The notes below the pieces were generated by a model. That model was not told the origin of the DNA, searched no databases, and saw only the letters and a program-made list of their open reading frames with translations. Made by a program: the position numbers and the translations under genes. DNA of 64,000 nucleotides, taken from Octopus bimaculoides. Lineage: Eukaryota. Shown here piece by piece: positions 1-12,527 of this stretch (positions are counted from its first letter, which is position 1; each line of letters begins with the position of its first letter). Location: contig NC_068982.1 of assembly GCF_001194135.2 (NCBI RefSeq), positions 182,807-246,806 of the forward strand, read 5' to 3'.

Positions 1-730
1 ATACAGAATACACACACCTGCACACTCACATTTATCATTTAACATCCATGTTCCACGCAATTAAATGATAAGTGAGTGTACATGCGTGTTTGTGTACCCC
101 TCGTACAGAGCAGAAAAGTGTTCAGACCGCATTCCTTGGTGAAGCGGATTGGCTTGCAAGAATCCAGTATCAATGCCACACAAATGCACTTGTGCCAATG
201 GCATATTAGAAGCACTCAGTGCACACACTGTAAAGTGGTTGGCATTAGGAAGGGCATCCATCAGTAGAAACCAAACCAAATCAGACTGGAACCTGGTGCA
301 GCCCTCCAGCTTGTCAGCTTTGGTCAAACCATCTAACCCATACCAGCATGGAAAACAGACGTTAAAGAATGATGATGACATGTGTATAGATATAAATACC
401 TGGAACTACCCTGAACCAAACATAACTGGCTTGTTTCTCTTTTTCAGCAAGTTGCCATTATTTTAAGGTACTTAGAACAAAAGGGTGAGAGATAAGAGAG
501 AAAAATAGCCTTAATGCTTAAAATAGTTTGGTTGTTTCAAGTGTCGTCAAAACACCAATGAAAATCCTATTCTTTCTCGATTATGTTTAACCGTAAACTC
601 TGGGTTCCTTGTTATTCAATCAGCTACTTATGACTTTCCTATTAATGGAATACACTAACTATTTTCTAATATGTCTGATGCAGTGAAATTCATTAATTTC
701 TCCTCACATTTTTAATTCTCTTATTTTTAG

Positions 731-915
731 ATTCCAGCAGCCAATTACCCAGTCACCATGAGGACATCTTGTCAGTGGTCTGTACACGACTGGCATCTCT
801 TGTGGCTGCATTTCATGAATTAGTTCAAACATCCATACCAAACTGGTCCAGTTGTGAACAGTTTATCAAGCAATTAACGAACCTCTACTCTACATTTTGC
901 CAATACATTAAATAT
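731..915 (+). CDS. FANCI: FANCI internal exon (gene 5' part lies upstream of the window)
   Basis: tttttag acceptor and gtaag donor; encodes SSSQLPSHHEDILSVVCTRLASLVAAFHELVQTSIPNWSSCEQFIKQLTNLYSTFCQYIKY, matching the FANCI C-terminal FHELVQTALP region from recall. Confidence 0.9.
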
Positions 916-1028
916 GTAAGTAGCTCGTATTTTCCTATGTCATATGGTGAATCTGATAAGCTGTTTCCATAAAAAGAGTGACATTGTTTCCATGTGATTC
1001 AGGCATGTCAGATGTGTTCTCAAGCTGT

Positions 1029-1163
1029 ATCTCTGTATATTAGCACTGCAAGCCAATCTATGTATATTAGCACTGCAAGCCAATCTCTGTATATTAGCAC
1101 TGCAAGCCAATCTCTGTATAGTAGCACTGCAAGCCAATCTATGTATATTAGCACTGCAAGCCA
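1029..1163. repeat. Minisatellite, 5 x 27 bp (ATCTCTGTATATTAGCACTGCAAGCCA)
   Basis: Five near-identical tandem copies read directly. Confidence 0.95.
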
Positions 1164-1365
1164 AGTAAAAGCTAATCAATTGTTTACAGTAACAAGTTGT
1201 CACTGACATTTAAGTGCTATCAGATATTTCAGCTGTAGAAACTCTGCCAAATTAGACTGGAGCCTGGTGTTGCCATCCAGTTTCACCAGTCCTCAGTCAA
1301 ATCGTCCAACCCATGCTAGCATGGAAAGCGGACGTTAAACGATGATGATGATGATGATGATGATG

Positions 1366-1850
1366 AAAGGTTTTGCAATATTTTAGTGGCTCTTTTGCTT
1401 TATTACAAGAAAAGCGTTTGGTGCCATGCTGATACCAGTTCTTGTCTTTCAAGCGAAAGAACTCTTTCACTGAAGCTTCCACCTACTTTTGGTTGATGAA
1501 AGTGAGCCATGGATCAGACCAAGTAATAAACCAAGGGAGCTATGTCTGGATTATAGGCTGACTGCGGCATCAGTTCAATTTCCTTAAGCTCCCGCACTCA
1601 TTTCAGCAGTATAAGGCCTTGCATTGTCTTGTTACATGAAGAGTTCCCTTTCTGTTTTTTTTTTTTTATCACACAATGGCATAAATTTGCTCCAGCTGTT
1701 CGGAGTATAGGTTGGCATTAATGATTTCAACCATTTGAATGCAGTTCTCAAAGTGAATTATCCCTTCATCATTGCACTAGAGGCAGTGCATCTTCTTGTG
1801 TTCAAAACGTCCGTGTTTGGCATCAGGTTCCAATAGCTGACTACTTATGC
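1366..1850 (-). mobile_element. Mariner (DD34D) transposase relic, C-terminal half
   Basis: - strand peptides INANLYSEQLEQ, QDNARPYTAE, AYNPDIAPLVYYL, EASVKEFF..KDKNWYQ with stops and frameshifts. Confidence 0.8.
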
Positions 1851-1873
1851 ATATTAGGATTGTGGAAAAAGAT

Positions 1874-2142
1874 CTCCCTTGGATTATCACTTGTTCTGAT
1901 CCATGACTCCTTATTGCACGTGCAACCCTTCATCATCCAAGAGGAGGCGGAAGCTTCAGTGAAGGAGTTCTTCACCTCAAAGGACAAGAACTGGTATCAG
2001 TGAGGGATCAAAGAACTGGCAGAAAGGTGACCTTAAATTGTGCAACACGGTGGCCCCTACTTCGAATTCTAGGCTGCTTTTATTGTAACTTGATGAATAA
2101 AATAAGTTAGCAAAATGTTGCAAAACTTTTGACTCGACACAA
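1874..2142 (+). mobile_element. Mariner 3' end relic, same family, inverted relative to the 1366-1850 copy
   Basis: DYHLF*SM..EASVKEFFTSKDKNWYQ*GIKELAER..HGGPYFEF* followed by a TIR-like end and TA. Confidence 0.8.
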
Positions 2143-3339
2143 TATTACAGAGTTCGTTGTCTTAGTTCTGGACACATTTTCAGTGATGAGATACAAACTG
2201 GGAAACTGTTGTCTGTGACTCTGTAAACTTAGCCACCATTTCCACTGTCTTCTAATACAATGGTTTTATGGAGTTTAGTTTTGGTTTATTCAACTGTGGG
2301 TTCAAATCCTATCAGGATTGACTTACCTCCTTCTGGCAAGAAAGTACATTTAATAAATCACTCCCCAGTAATATACTAATTTTTATTCAATCAACCATAT
2401 TTCTTGCCTCAAACTTGTGTTTAAGTAAAAAAAAAAAAAAGATCCAACCTCAGTCCTATGAAATATTGAACCAGATACCATAGAATATTTAAACAAGCCT
2501 CTTTCTTAATCTGTACCATTGCAACTGCCATTGTGGATATGTTTTTGTATGGGGTGGGGGTAATATTAATGTTGTGAGTGATCTTTATGACATGAAGATC
2601 TAGCTCTGTATAACCCTGGGTGTTGGCTGCAGTAGATGGAAACAGATAATGAAAACAATTTCCAAGGTTTTATGCAAGAGATTGGGCCATGATAGAGGTG
2701 GATAATGTGTAAGGTAACCTATAATTCTCCTGGATTTATTCAAGGGATCAGGTTAAGTTGAGCAAAGGGACAATATGGTGTTCATTGTTACATAAAAACC
2801 ATTCAGTTTATTGAAGTTTGTACTGATGTGTGTGTGTAGTTCATGATGGTCTCCTTACTTGGATGGGAGAAATAGCAGTTGCTGGTCAATGTTGTAATGG
2901 TGACAGACCAACATGAAATAGTTAATCTCTTGTCACCAGCATTGTGTGTGTGTGGCTAAGGCACTTAATTCGTCATGGCTCAGTTCACTTAACTGTAAAT
3001 AAGTTCTGTAATTCACCGTTGCTCTTTGTGTTTTTATTGAAATTGTGACCACAGTCCAGTTGCTCCCACATTGGAACTTCTGTGCCTGCATGAATCCATT
3101 TGCCAACTGGTCCCTTGTGTCAGTGATTACAATTGATGGGCTCCCACTGACCAGTAACGAAGGTTGACTTCATTACTGCTTTCCCCTCCTTTAATATTCT
3201 TCATTTATTTGTGCACATTTGATCTTGTCAATGATATCATCACCTGTAGATCTTTGTGGATGTTTGACAGCCGGCATCCCTCCTTTGTCATGGAAAGTGG
3301 ACGTTAAATGACAACGATGATGATGATGCCATGTATCTT

Positions 3340-3760
3340 GGGCAAGTTCAGACCAAACCATGCCTTGTGAGTAAAGTTGCAAAGACAGAAACTATATAGA
3401 AAATGAATAAAGGATTCTTTTGATGATTTGGCAGACCTGGTTGAAGAGCAGAGATAAAAGTTGCTGTTGTATTTTCCAAGAGTAGTCTATGCATAAGTGT
3501 CTTATTGCATATCCTATCTACTTTGATCACTTTATCAATTCCTCTGCTAAAAGGATGCCCACCCACCACCACCACCACACTATTACCTTCCTAGAAGATT
3601 TTGTGAGGAACCCGGCTATGGCTCTACTCCATCTTGCTTTTTGCAGCACACATCTGCATGCTTCTATTCTAGCATTTCAACAATCTCACCAGAGCAACCT
3701 TTCATTGTGCCAATGCTGACTGTGACTGTTGTCCTAAAGTTGTGACCTTGATAGAAAGAG
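3340..3760 (-). mobile_element. RTE LINE APE-endonuclease relic
   Basis: IGTMKGCSGEIVEMLE..ADVCC, VGILLAEE, DKVIKVDRIC..TATFISA..PGLPNHQK across frameshifts. Confidence 0.7.
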
Positions 3761-4101
3761 CAAGTAGGGAGCTGGGCATGATGGGGTGAGGGGGCAGCGG
3801 CTTCCAAGTTCTGGAAGAAAAAAGGCTTGTTGGAATGTTTGCCTGTGGGCAAGCTCCCTCTTACACATTACCAGATATACAAATATTACAGCCACAAACA
3901 CAAACTTCAATCACTTACCTCATTTCAATGTGTTTTGCTGTGCTAAGTCTTCCCTAGCATTGTGTATTGCTAATTGAAAGTCTTTTGTCATCTCTCCCAA
4001 ATGCAGCATCTGATGGAGGAGATGATAAAGGGTCATTTCTTGATTATTATATATATTAATATATTGTGCTAAAAGAATGGCTTTTTTGCTTCTGTTAACA
4101 G

Positions 4102-4218
4102 TATTTGCAGGCATACAACTTGAAAGTTGGCCATTTAACACAACTGACTGAGAAACTAGTAAAACTTATCGGAACTCAATTAACTCCTCAAGTCTATGTC
4201 TTTATAACTTACATTCAG
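4102..4218 (+). CDS. FANCI: FANCI exon
   Basis: ttaacag acceptor, gtcagt donor, phase 0-0; YLQAYNLKVGHLTQLTEKLVKLIGTQLTPQVYVFITYIQ resembles the FANCI [23 protein letters not shown] motif. Confidence 0.92.
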
Positions 4219-5959
4219 GTCAGTATAATTCATTGAAATCACTTTTCTCTGTCATTTATTCTTACTTTTTATAACTAGTGTTGTGATCATTGTCATTGTT
4301 TTACATCTATTTGCACCATACAGCTAGGATCTGGACAAATGTCTCACCAACTGTCCTGTCCCTTTGTCATGGTTTCTACATTCCCACTGGTTGGCATTAG
4401 GAAGGACATTCAGCCTTAGAAACCATACCAAAGCCGACAGTATAGCTAGGCACAGTCCTTTGTCAAGCCATCCAACCCATGCCAATATAGAAAACAGATG
4501 TTAGATGGTGCACACCCACACAAATTCCTGGAACTACTTTGAACCAGATATTGTGTCTTATCACCAGCCTTTTTACAAACTGGATGCATTTAATTGTGCC
4601 ACTAATAGCTTTTTCTCGGTTTTTATTTATTTATTCTTCCACAGATGTGCTGCCTCTGTTGCACAATGTTACATAATCCTTGTTCTTGTTCTCACACTTA
4701 TACATATCTATACATCTCCTCATCTCTGCTTTGTATCCATTTTCTATGCTGGCATGGGATAGACAGATCATTACTGTTTTCGTAGAAGAATCAAGAGAAC
4801 CAGATCTTGCTTAGAAGTTTCATTTTGGTTTGGTTTCCCCAGCTGCATGCACTTTCTAACACCAACCACTTTACAGAATGTACTAACTGTATTCATAACA
4901 CCAGAAAAAAAGGCGTTTGTTGTGTTTCTAAGCAGACCAAAGGAGCCTTTCAACTAAACACATAACACAGTGCACCACTGTTTATCTCTTTGCAGCTCCT
5001 TTTAAGATTTCTAACCCTCTCTTCTAAATCTGAGCAGCCATGTAACCCCCTCTTTAAGAACCTGCTCTGTCTCCTTCTCATGTACTACTCCTTGTTGTCT
5101 AGCATAAAGCTGTCCTACCCCTTTCGATATTCATAGTTTTGTGAGCTGCATGGCAACCTCATTGGTGTTGGTGACACTGTAAAGTGGTTGGCATTAAGAA
5201 GAGCATCCAGCTATAGAAACCATGCTAAAGCACTCTTTGGATCCATCAGATCCTGTCAAACCATTCAACCAGCCTGCAACATAGACATTAAACGATGAGG
5301 ATATATATGTCATCATCATCATCATCATTCAATGTCCATTTTCTGGATGGTTTGACTGGTGCTGGCAACCGCACGACTGCACCAGGCTCTGTTGTCGGTT
5401 TTGGTATGATTTCTATGGCTGGATGCCCTTCCTAATATCAACCACTCCACAGAGTGTACTGGGTGCTTTTCACATGGCACCAGCACTGGTGGGGTTCACC
5501 AAGTAACTTGCAAGAGAAAAAAAAACCCTTTAACTGGGGGGTGGGGTGTAGTATTGAGGGAGATGGCTTTGTGCCAGTTGATTGGTGAGAAGTTAAAAAG
5601 TATAATAGGATAGAAATTGGCATTTTGCTGCAGGGAAGGTAGATGTCTACCCCAGGTGAGAAGAGAAAAATGATGGTGGAGATGTATCAGGACATAACGT
5701 TGAAGTGCAGTGGGTGGGGTGAATATAAGTGAAGTGGTACAGAGTATTGACCAGGTTGAGTGGGCAAGGAAGATAGAGGAGGAGGAAGTTTCATAAGAGT
5801 GTGGGGAGAGATGGAGTAGAGTTGACTGTAGCTAGTGATGGTCAGCAATGTAGGAGTGGCTCAAGGGTGCCACGGTAGATATGTGAGGGCATTGCAAGTG
5901 ATAGCAGACAAGAGAGGAATTAAGGATGGAGTATAACAGCAGAGAGAGCAATCACTGAA

Positions 5960-6640
5960 TGCTTTGTGTCTTCCTCTTCTACAAGTCTCATCCACTTCAA
6001 GCAATCAACACTTCCATATGCAACTGTCCCTGTCCCCATACATCACATGACCAAACCCTAACAGTCTTCATTCTTCCACACACCACATCTGATTCCTCTT
6101 ATCCCTAATTTTTTCTCTCAATACATTTGCACTTTGTTGTGCATGCATGCTAACATTGCACATCCAGTGGAGCCTAGAAGCTTCATTGCTCTCTAGTCTT
6201 CACACATGTCCTCTGCATTCAGGGCCCATATCTCATTACCATGTAGCATCTCTGTACGTACACAAGCATCATGCAATCTGCCTTTCACTTGGTGGGAGTA
6301 GGAGAGAGGCCTTTTGCTAATAGTTCTTTGAATTTTCTCCATCTTATTCTAACAACTACACTTTCAGGACATCCTCCTCCGCTGCCAATTAACTCTTCTA
6401 ACAGAAACTACCCATTACCTCTAAGGAGCCTCAATGGTATTTGAGAAAATCAATTTCTTGTGAAGCCTTAGACTTTATGGCAGCTCTGCATCGTCCACAT
6501 ACAAACGCTACATTCTGTGTTGACCCTCCAGTGTAAGCAATGGGCACACAAGGGGTGCAGTGGGATAACAGGAAGGTCAACATAGGAAGTGGCATGTGTG
6601 TGTGTGGAAGATGCACAGTTGCTATGAAGTCTAAGGTCAC
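5960..6640 (-). mobile_element. RTE LINE ORF2 3' relic
   Basis: Reverse complement of the motifs seen at 60370-62800 (FVCGRC, LHDACVRTEMLHGNE.WAL.AEDM, WFGHVM.M). Confidence 0.75.
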
Positions 6641-7199
6641 ACAGAGGTAGTGAATAGTTTCTGTTACCTAAAAAAGTTAATTAGTAGTGGAGGAAGATGT
6701 TCTGAAAGTGTAGTTGCCAGAATAAATGATATCTGTTCTGTTATTACCTCACTTATTCTCACACACCCCCAATGTCCTTGAGGGGATTACCCTGACACAT
6801 CATCACCTTTCTCTTTCTCTTCCAAGTCGGGTATCCATGTATATTACCCAACAGTGAAACCCCTACATCTGTCCCTGTACAAATCTTAAATATCTCAACT
6901 GGCACAAAGCTACACCCCCCTCAATACTACCCCACCTCCCAGTTGAGGGATTTTTATCGCTTGGTATTGATACCACATAAAAAGTACCTAGTACACTCTA
7001 TAAAGTGGTTGGCATGTTAGGAAAGGCATCTCACTTTGTAGAAGCCAAGCCAAAACAGACTATGGAACCTGGTGTGGCTCACGGCTTTGCCAGTTCCTGT
7101 CAAACCATCCAACCCATGCCAGCATGGAAAACAGACGTTAAATGATGATGATGTATATATCTTTCAACTCCTGTAAAATATAAAATTTTAATTTTTTAG

Positions 7200-7271
7200 C
7201 GAGAAGTCAAAGGGACACGAAAAGGAAACGGCAAAGAGAAGAAGACTGCATCAAGTTCTTCAAGGCCCCTG
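7200..7271 (+). CDS. FANCI: FANCI exon (low-conservation basic linker)
   Basis: ttttttag acceptor, gtaag donor, 72 nt, phase 0-0; REVKGTRKGNGKEKKTASSSSRPL sits where FANCI has a Lys-rich linker. Confidence 0.8.
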
Positions 7272-8012
7272 GTAAGTTCCAGATTTTCTGTTGTTGCATC
7301 AACAAGGCAGCAATGTCAATTTGATTCTGGTCTAATTTAAACTCGAGGGCCTCAGGGCCAAAACATTCCTATAATTTTACACATGAGGGGCTCAAAAGTG
7401 CTATTAGTGCTGCCTGCAACCCCCAAATGGGTAATAACTTAAAGGTGACAAGGTTTTTCTTTTCTTTGGTTAAAGTCATGGTTAAAATGCGAAAACCAGG
7501 ATCTTATGTAAACACTGAGAAAGCAAACTTTGTTGCTTCTACCTTCCTCCTCTGCCACCAGTTTTCAAAGCTCTTCATTGTGTAAGAAGTCACAGACTGC
7601 TAATAGTAGTAGTAGTAGTAGAATAGGGGCAGGCACTAACAGTGTGTCGCTGCATCCTAGCAGTGAGTGATTCCCTACTCTTAGCAGATGGCACCTTTGC
7701 GCCACTCGGGTGAGTAGTCTCCAACCCATGGGCCTTAATGCATGCAGAATTTCACAGCTCTAACATAGCCAGCCTCAGTATAATGTAACAATATTGGTTA
7801 AATCGACATGAGTAAAGATCAGCAAACTAAAATTGGCAGAAACAGTGGAGAAATGGATGTGTTAAGTTGATGGTTAAGTTGATGGTTAAGTTGATGGTTG
7901 ACTGAGGAAGGGCAGAAGCTGGTGATGTCTCTTCAATGCTATTAGACATTGACCCAATCTAATTCTCTACTCATCTTTTAGTATATTGAGATTGATTTCT
8001 GTTTATTTTTAG

Positions 8013-8111
8013 GACTCTTCCATTGTGAAGCAGGGCAAAGTTATGCCAAAACTTATTTTTGCCATTGAAAACTATGAAAAATTCTTGGTCCAACTTGCAA
8101 AGAAATCCAAA
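8013..8111 (+). CDS. FANCI: FANCI exon
   Basis: tttttag/gtaag; DSSIVKQGKVMPKLIFAIENYEKFLVQLAKKSK matches the FANCI hallmark [23 protein letters not shown]. Confidence 0.95.
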
Positions 8112-8260
8112 GTAAGAAGTGTATTGTTTTTTTTTCTTTTCTTATTCAACATCACTAGATTTCCTGATAATTTTAAAGGTTGCTTTATTTAAAAAGAAAG
8201 ATCTCAAGATATTAGCACCCTGTTTATTTTTCTTTCTATTTCTGTTACGGTTATCCCTTA

Positions 8261-9786
8261 AGAAAGTGCCTGGCACAGCAAGAACGTGCCCGGAGCAGCA
8301 ATTATGTGCCTGGTGCCATAAGGACGTGCCTGGGGCCACAAGAATGTGCCCGGCACCACAAGTACGTGCTTGGCGCTGCAAGTACATGCTCGGCTCCGCA
8401 AAGACATGCACGCTACCGCAAGAACGTGCCCGGCGCCACAAGAATGTACCAGTTTCCTCAAGAAAGTGCCCGTTGCCGCAAGAACGAGTCCGTCGCCACA
8501 ACAAAGTGCCCGATGTCGCAAGAACGTATTGGGCAACGCAAGCACATGCCCGGCGCTCGACATCGCAGCAACGTGGCCGGCACCGCAACAAGAACGTGCC
8601 CTGATCTGCAAGAATGTAGCTGGCGCCACAAGAGTGTCCGCAAAAACGTGTCTGGAACTGAAAGAATGTGATCAGGACCGCAACCACGTGCCCGGCGCTG
8701 CAAGTATGTGCCTGACGACAAAAGAACGAGCCCAGCGCCGCAAGAACATACCTGGTGCTGAAAGAATGTGCCTGGAGCCGCAAGAACGTGCCTGGAGCAG
8801 CAAGAACATGCCTGGCGCCGCAAGAGCGTGGCCAGGGCAGTAACTACATACCAGGGGTCGCAGATACGTTCCTGTGACCATGAGTACTTGCCCGGGGCCG
8901 TAACTACGTGACTGGGGCGGCAAAAACGTGCCCAGTGCCACAAGAAAGTGCTCGGTGCCGCAAGAACGTGCCTGGGCTGCAAGTACTTACCTGGTGCTGC
9001 AAGAACGTGCCCGGGGCAGCAACTACATGCACGGGGCCGTAAGTATGTGCTCGGCGTCGCAAGAACGTGCCTGGCACTGCAAAAAGAAAGGCCTAGGACC
9101 ACAAGAATGTACCTGGGGCTGCAAGAAGGTGCCTGGCATCGCAAGAATGTACGTGCCCGGGGCTGGAAGTACATGAGTACGTTCCCAGCGTTGCAAGAAC
9201 GTGTGCGGGACAGTAACTACGTGCCTCGGCCCGCAAATGCATGCCTTAGGACGTATGTACCTGCCTGAGGTCGTAAGAACGTGTCTGGGGCCGTATCTAC
9301 GTGCCTGGGGATTTAAGTACATGCCCGGCGCCGCAAGGACGTATCAGGCACTGCAAGAAGGTGTCCGGCGCCTCAACAAGTGCCTGATGCTGCAAGAAGG
9401 TGCATGGCATCGCAGCAACGTGCCCGGCACCACGAGAAAGTGCATGACTCGAAAGAACCTGTCCGGCGCAACAAGAACATGCCCGGATCCACAAGAATGT
9501 AGCTGGGGCCGCAACCACATGCCCGGCGTCTTAAGAATGTGGCCGGGGCAGTAACTACGTATCAGGGATCGCAGATACGTGTCTGGGGCCGTATGTACTT
9601 GACTGGGGCGGCAAGAATGTTCCTGGTTCCGCAAGAATGTGCTTGGTGCCGCAAGAACGTCCACAGGGCAGTAACTACCTGCCTGGAGCCGAAAGTACGT
9701 GCCTTGGGCTGTAGGTATGCGCAAGGGGCCGTAAGTACGTGCCCTGGGTCTCAAGAACATGCACGGGGCCGTAAGTACGTGCCTGC
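8261..9786. repeat. GC/CpG-rich satellite, 20-21-bp unit (consensus AGAACGTGCCCGGCGCCGCA), in a FANCI intron
   Basis: Exact 20-bp period for 15 units at 8261-8560; later 20/21-bp variants with higher-order blocks; about 75 units in total. Confidence 0.92.
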
Positions 9787-10009
9787 AACCCATCTCTTCT
9801 CGGTCTTTGGGGCCCTTTAGTCTTGAAATCTTCACTTAGTGATGGTGCCATGAAAGATCATTACATTGAATGAGAACAATATGACAATGAAAAGGATGAA
9901 AGACAAAGAGGGAAAGCATTTGGATGATGGGAACAAAAAGATTTTGTGAAAGAGAAAGAAACTAGCAAAGCGGTAAATAATGTTTGTTGTTTCTGTGACC
10001 CTTGTACAG

Positions 10010-10156
10010 GTTAATCTCATGGAACATGTGAAGCCAAGTGTAGCCAGGGATTTCCGCATCAATGGAGCTGTAGTGCGTGCGGTTCTGCAAGAAATGAGTA
10101 ACAGCGAAGATGACAGTGAAGATGATGAGAACAAAGCAAACACAGCCAATAAGCAG
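10010..10156 (+). CDS. FANCI: FANCI exon
   Basis: cttgtacag/gtaaat; VNLMEHVKPSVARDFRINGAVVRAVLQEMSNSEDDSEDDENKANTANKQ resembles FANCI VNLMQHMKLSTSRDFKI followed by an acidic tail. Confidence 0.95.
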
Positions 10157-11159
10157 GTAAATAAAAGAACAACTCTGTGCTTTTGTGTTTTAGATGGAAA
10201 ACTTGTAGGAGGGATTTGGTAGAATCAGTAGAGCATCCAACAAAATGTGATGCAGTATTTTGTCATTACTGAGTTCAAATTGTTTCTGGGTTTTTCTTTA
10301 CTTTTTCTCATCCTTTCAATACTTCAGATGACTTGCTTCGTTAGAAGTTCATTGTTTCTTCCAATTTGTCATTTGTAATCTTTTTAGAAATTAAAGCAAC
10401 AAACTGGCAGAATCATTGGCACATCATAAAAATGCTTTGTGGCATTTCTGAGTTTAAAAGCTGCTAGGGCCTACTTTGCCTTTCATCTTTTCAGGGTCAA
10501 TAAGTACCAGTTAAACACTGGGTCGATGTAAGTGACCCCCTCCCCCAAAATTTCAAGTCTTGTGTGCCTGAAGTAGAAAGGATTATTATTGTTTGGGTAG
10601 TGTGAATTGGCAAAATCTCTCCAAGCATCAGGAAAAATGCTTGGTTCTGTTCTGGCAAACGCTTTTCCTTTTGTGCCCCAAGGTTGATGCTTTCAACAAA
10701 TCTTCACCCCCAGTAAAATTGTTGAGCTTCTGCCTGCATCATCATCATGATTATCCAAATGAATATCAAAGTGATGGTGTTTGTTAGAGACAGTTTCAAA
10801 GCCATCTGGCTGACACAAAAAAAGCAGGATCCACACAATGTAGCTTCCTGCCTGTGAAGCTTAACACTATTCTTTCAAAGTTACTTCAATTGCTGGCGCA
10901 GGTAATTGTGGTTTATTTAAGCCCCAGGTTATTCATTATTGAACAAAACCTATGATAAAAGGTCTTCTAGCCAGCATCCTACTTCAGATATTGGCCAGCT
11001 TTTCAGGTAAAGTGCAAGAGAGATTTGGGTGCTATTTCTAGAGCTGATGAGTATTAAGCTGTCTGATTTAATCTGACCAGTTGACCAAATGGGTGTGTGT
11101 GTTGTTACAAAAGAACTTCTTTGCCAAATCGTATAAACCTTTCTGTTTTAATTATTCAG

Positions 11160-11219
11160 GTTGAAAATGTTGGATCTTCAACAAGTGATGAACCTCCATC
11201 AAAGAAAGCACGTAGTTGA
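11160..11219 (+). CDS. FANCI: FANCI terminal coding exon with C-terminal basic NLS-like motif
   Basis: attattcag acceptor, phase 0; VENVGSSTSDEPPSKKARS-TGA; PPSKKAR resembles the basic C-terminal NLS of FANCI. Confidence 0.85.
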   Translation, partial: VENVGSSTSDEPPSKKARS

Positions 11220-11245
11220 AATAACTGTTTGGGTTTATTTTAAAT

Positions 11246-11251
11246 AATAAA
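11246..11251 (+). promoter_or_regulatory. Candidate FANCI polyadenylation signal
   Basis: AATAAA 26 nt after the stop codon, followed by T-rich sequence. Confidence 0.45.
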
Positions 11252-12527
11252 TTTAGATTATTTTTCAACCTTTTTTTTTTTTCCCCCCCTCATTTGTTTG
11301 TAAGTTACAGCTGGCTGGAAAACCCCAATGGCAGTCCTCATTTCTAAGAGTAAGCCAAACATAAAAATTCAGCCAGGTTCATTCAGCCTACATTACTACA
11401 GGTGACATTTTGTTATAACATTTCCAAAGAATGAAATTTATTTCAATTCTTCTTGAAACAAAAAGAACTTTATTACAAAATGTACCAGCCAGTTATTGTA
11501 TTTTTAGATTTCCCCGTTGGTCACTGCTGTGGTCATCGGTGTATCCTTGACCAAGAAAAATCTTAGTTCTAAAATCTCGTTCAGGCTCAGCCTGCAGTTT
11601 TTAATTTGTTGTTAATGTCTGTAGAATGGAAAAATTGGTTTCCTTTATTAACTGAACGTTTAAAGTAGATAATCCTGGCTATACTGTTTGACAACATGGT
11701 AGGCCGCCTTAGCACCGAAAAAAAAAAAAAGATTGTCTGTTAATATCATAGTTGTTCAGGCAATTTGGTTAGAACAGAATTTCATTTGTAGAATGCTGTT
11801 GATATGAGAAAAAGTTACAAATACAATTTAATTTGAAAGGTTTTATTTTCAAGTTCCAACATTTGTTACAAGTAGCTGCATCAGCAAATATTCAAAACTT
11901 TGGCAAAAGAAAATATTCCAACCAAATAATCCATTTGTACTGAATAGAAAGAGTCACACACACTTCAAAGAAAACAAAAACAAAAAAAAATAGTCACTGG
12001 GTCCTATGAATAAGAATATTAAATCACTAAGTATATCCATCCTATTTTGACCTTATTAGATGCTTGGTCAGTTAATAATCAAAATTGTTAGCTTTTTCTC
12101 AACAGCCCCTTAATATTGGAAAGGCTTCCCCTGATAGAAAACCTCAAGAGAAATTTCCTTATGAATGAACTTAGACAAGTAAATTAAAAATGTAGTCCAG
12201 TTGTGATCACCCCATGTTTTTTGTCAAGGCTATCTTGGATTACATTATCTAAGATGGTTAAGTGTGAATTTTGGGGAAATTCTGCTGTTATTTTTAGCTA
12301 GTCAATCAGCTGAGTTGAGGATCCTTCATGGGATTGTGTTAGGGTCATTACAAGAACTCAGAAGGCTGTCCAAAGAAGAGCAAAAGATTCTCACAGGCAA
12401 GCTAAAAATTTCAGTGAAAAAAATCACAGCATAGAGTCTCAAGCTTCTGTGAAATGACAGAAACAGTAAAAAAAAACTTCATTAAGATCTTTGTAAGGCA
12501 GTAATAAGAAATAAAACAACCTTGATG

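Noticed and set aside
448-467. Possible 20-nt FANCI micro-exon (ttttcag...gtac)
   Set aside because: Contains TAA in the frame required by the next exon
940-1209. ORFs with repeated RLACSANI or STASQS peptides
   Set aside because: Translation of the 27-bp minisatellite
2860-3260. Possible decayed LTR-retrotransposon pol fragment on the - strand
   Set aside because: Only vague resemblance; no diagnostic motif recognised
8261-8560. CRISPR-like regular repeats
   Set aside because: Contiguous tandem units with no unique spacers, in eukaryotic DNA with no cas genes
8119-9835. Many overlapping 70-240 aa Cys/Arg/Pro-rich ORFs on both strands
   Set aside because: Fully explained by a stop-free 20-bp satellite consensus; the region lies inside a FANCI intron bounded by canonical sites
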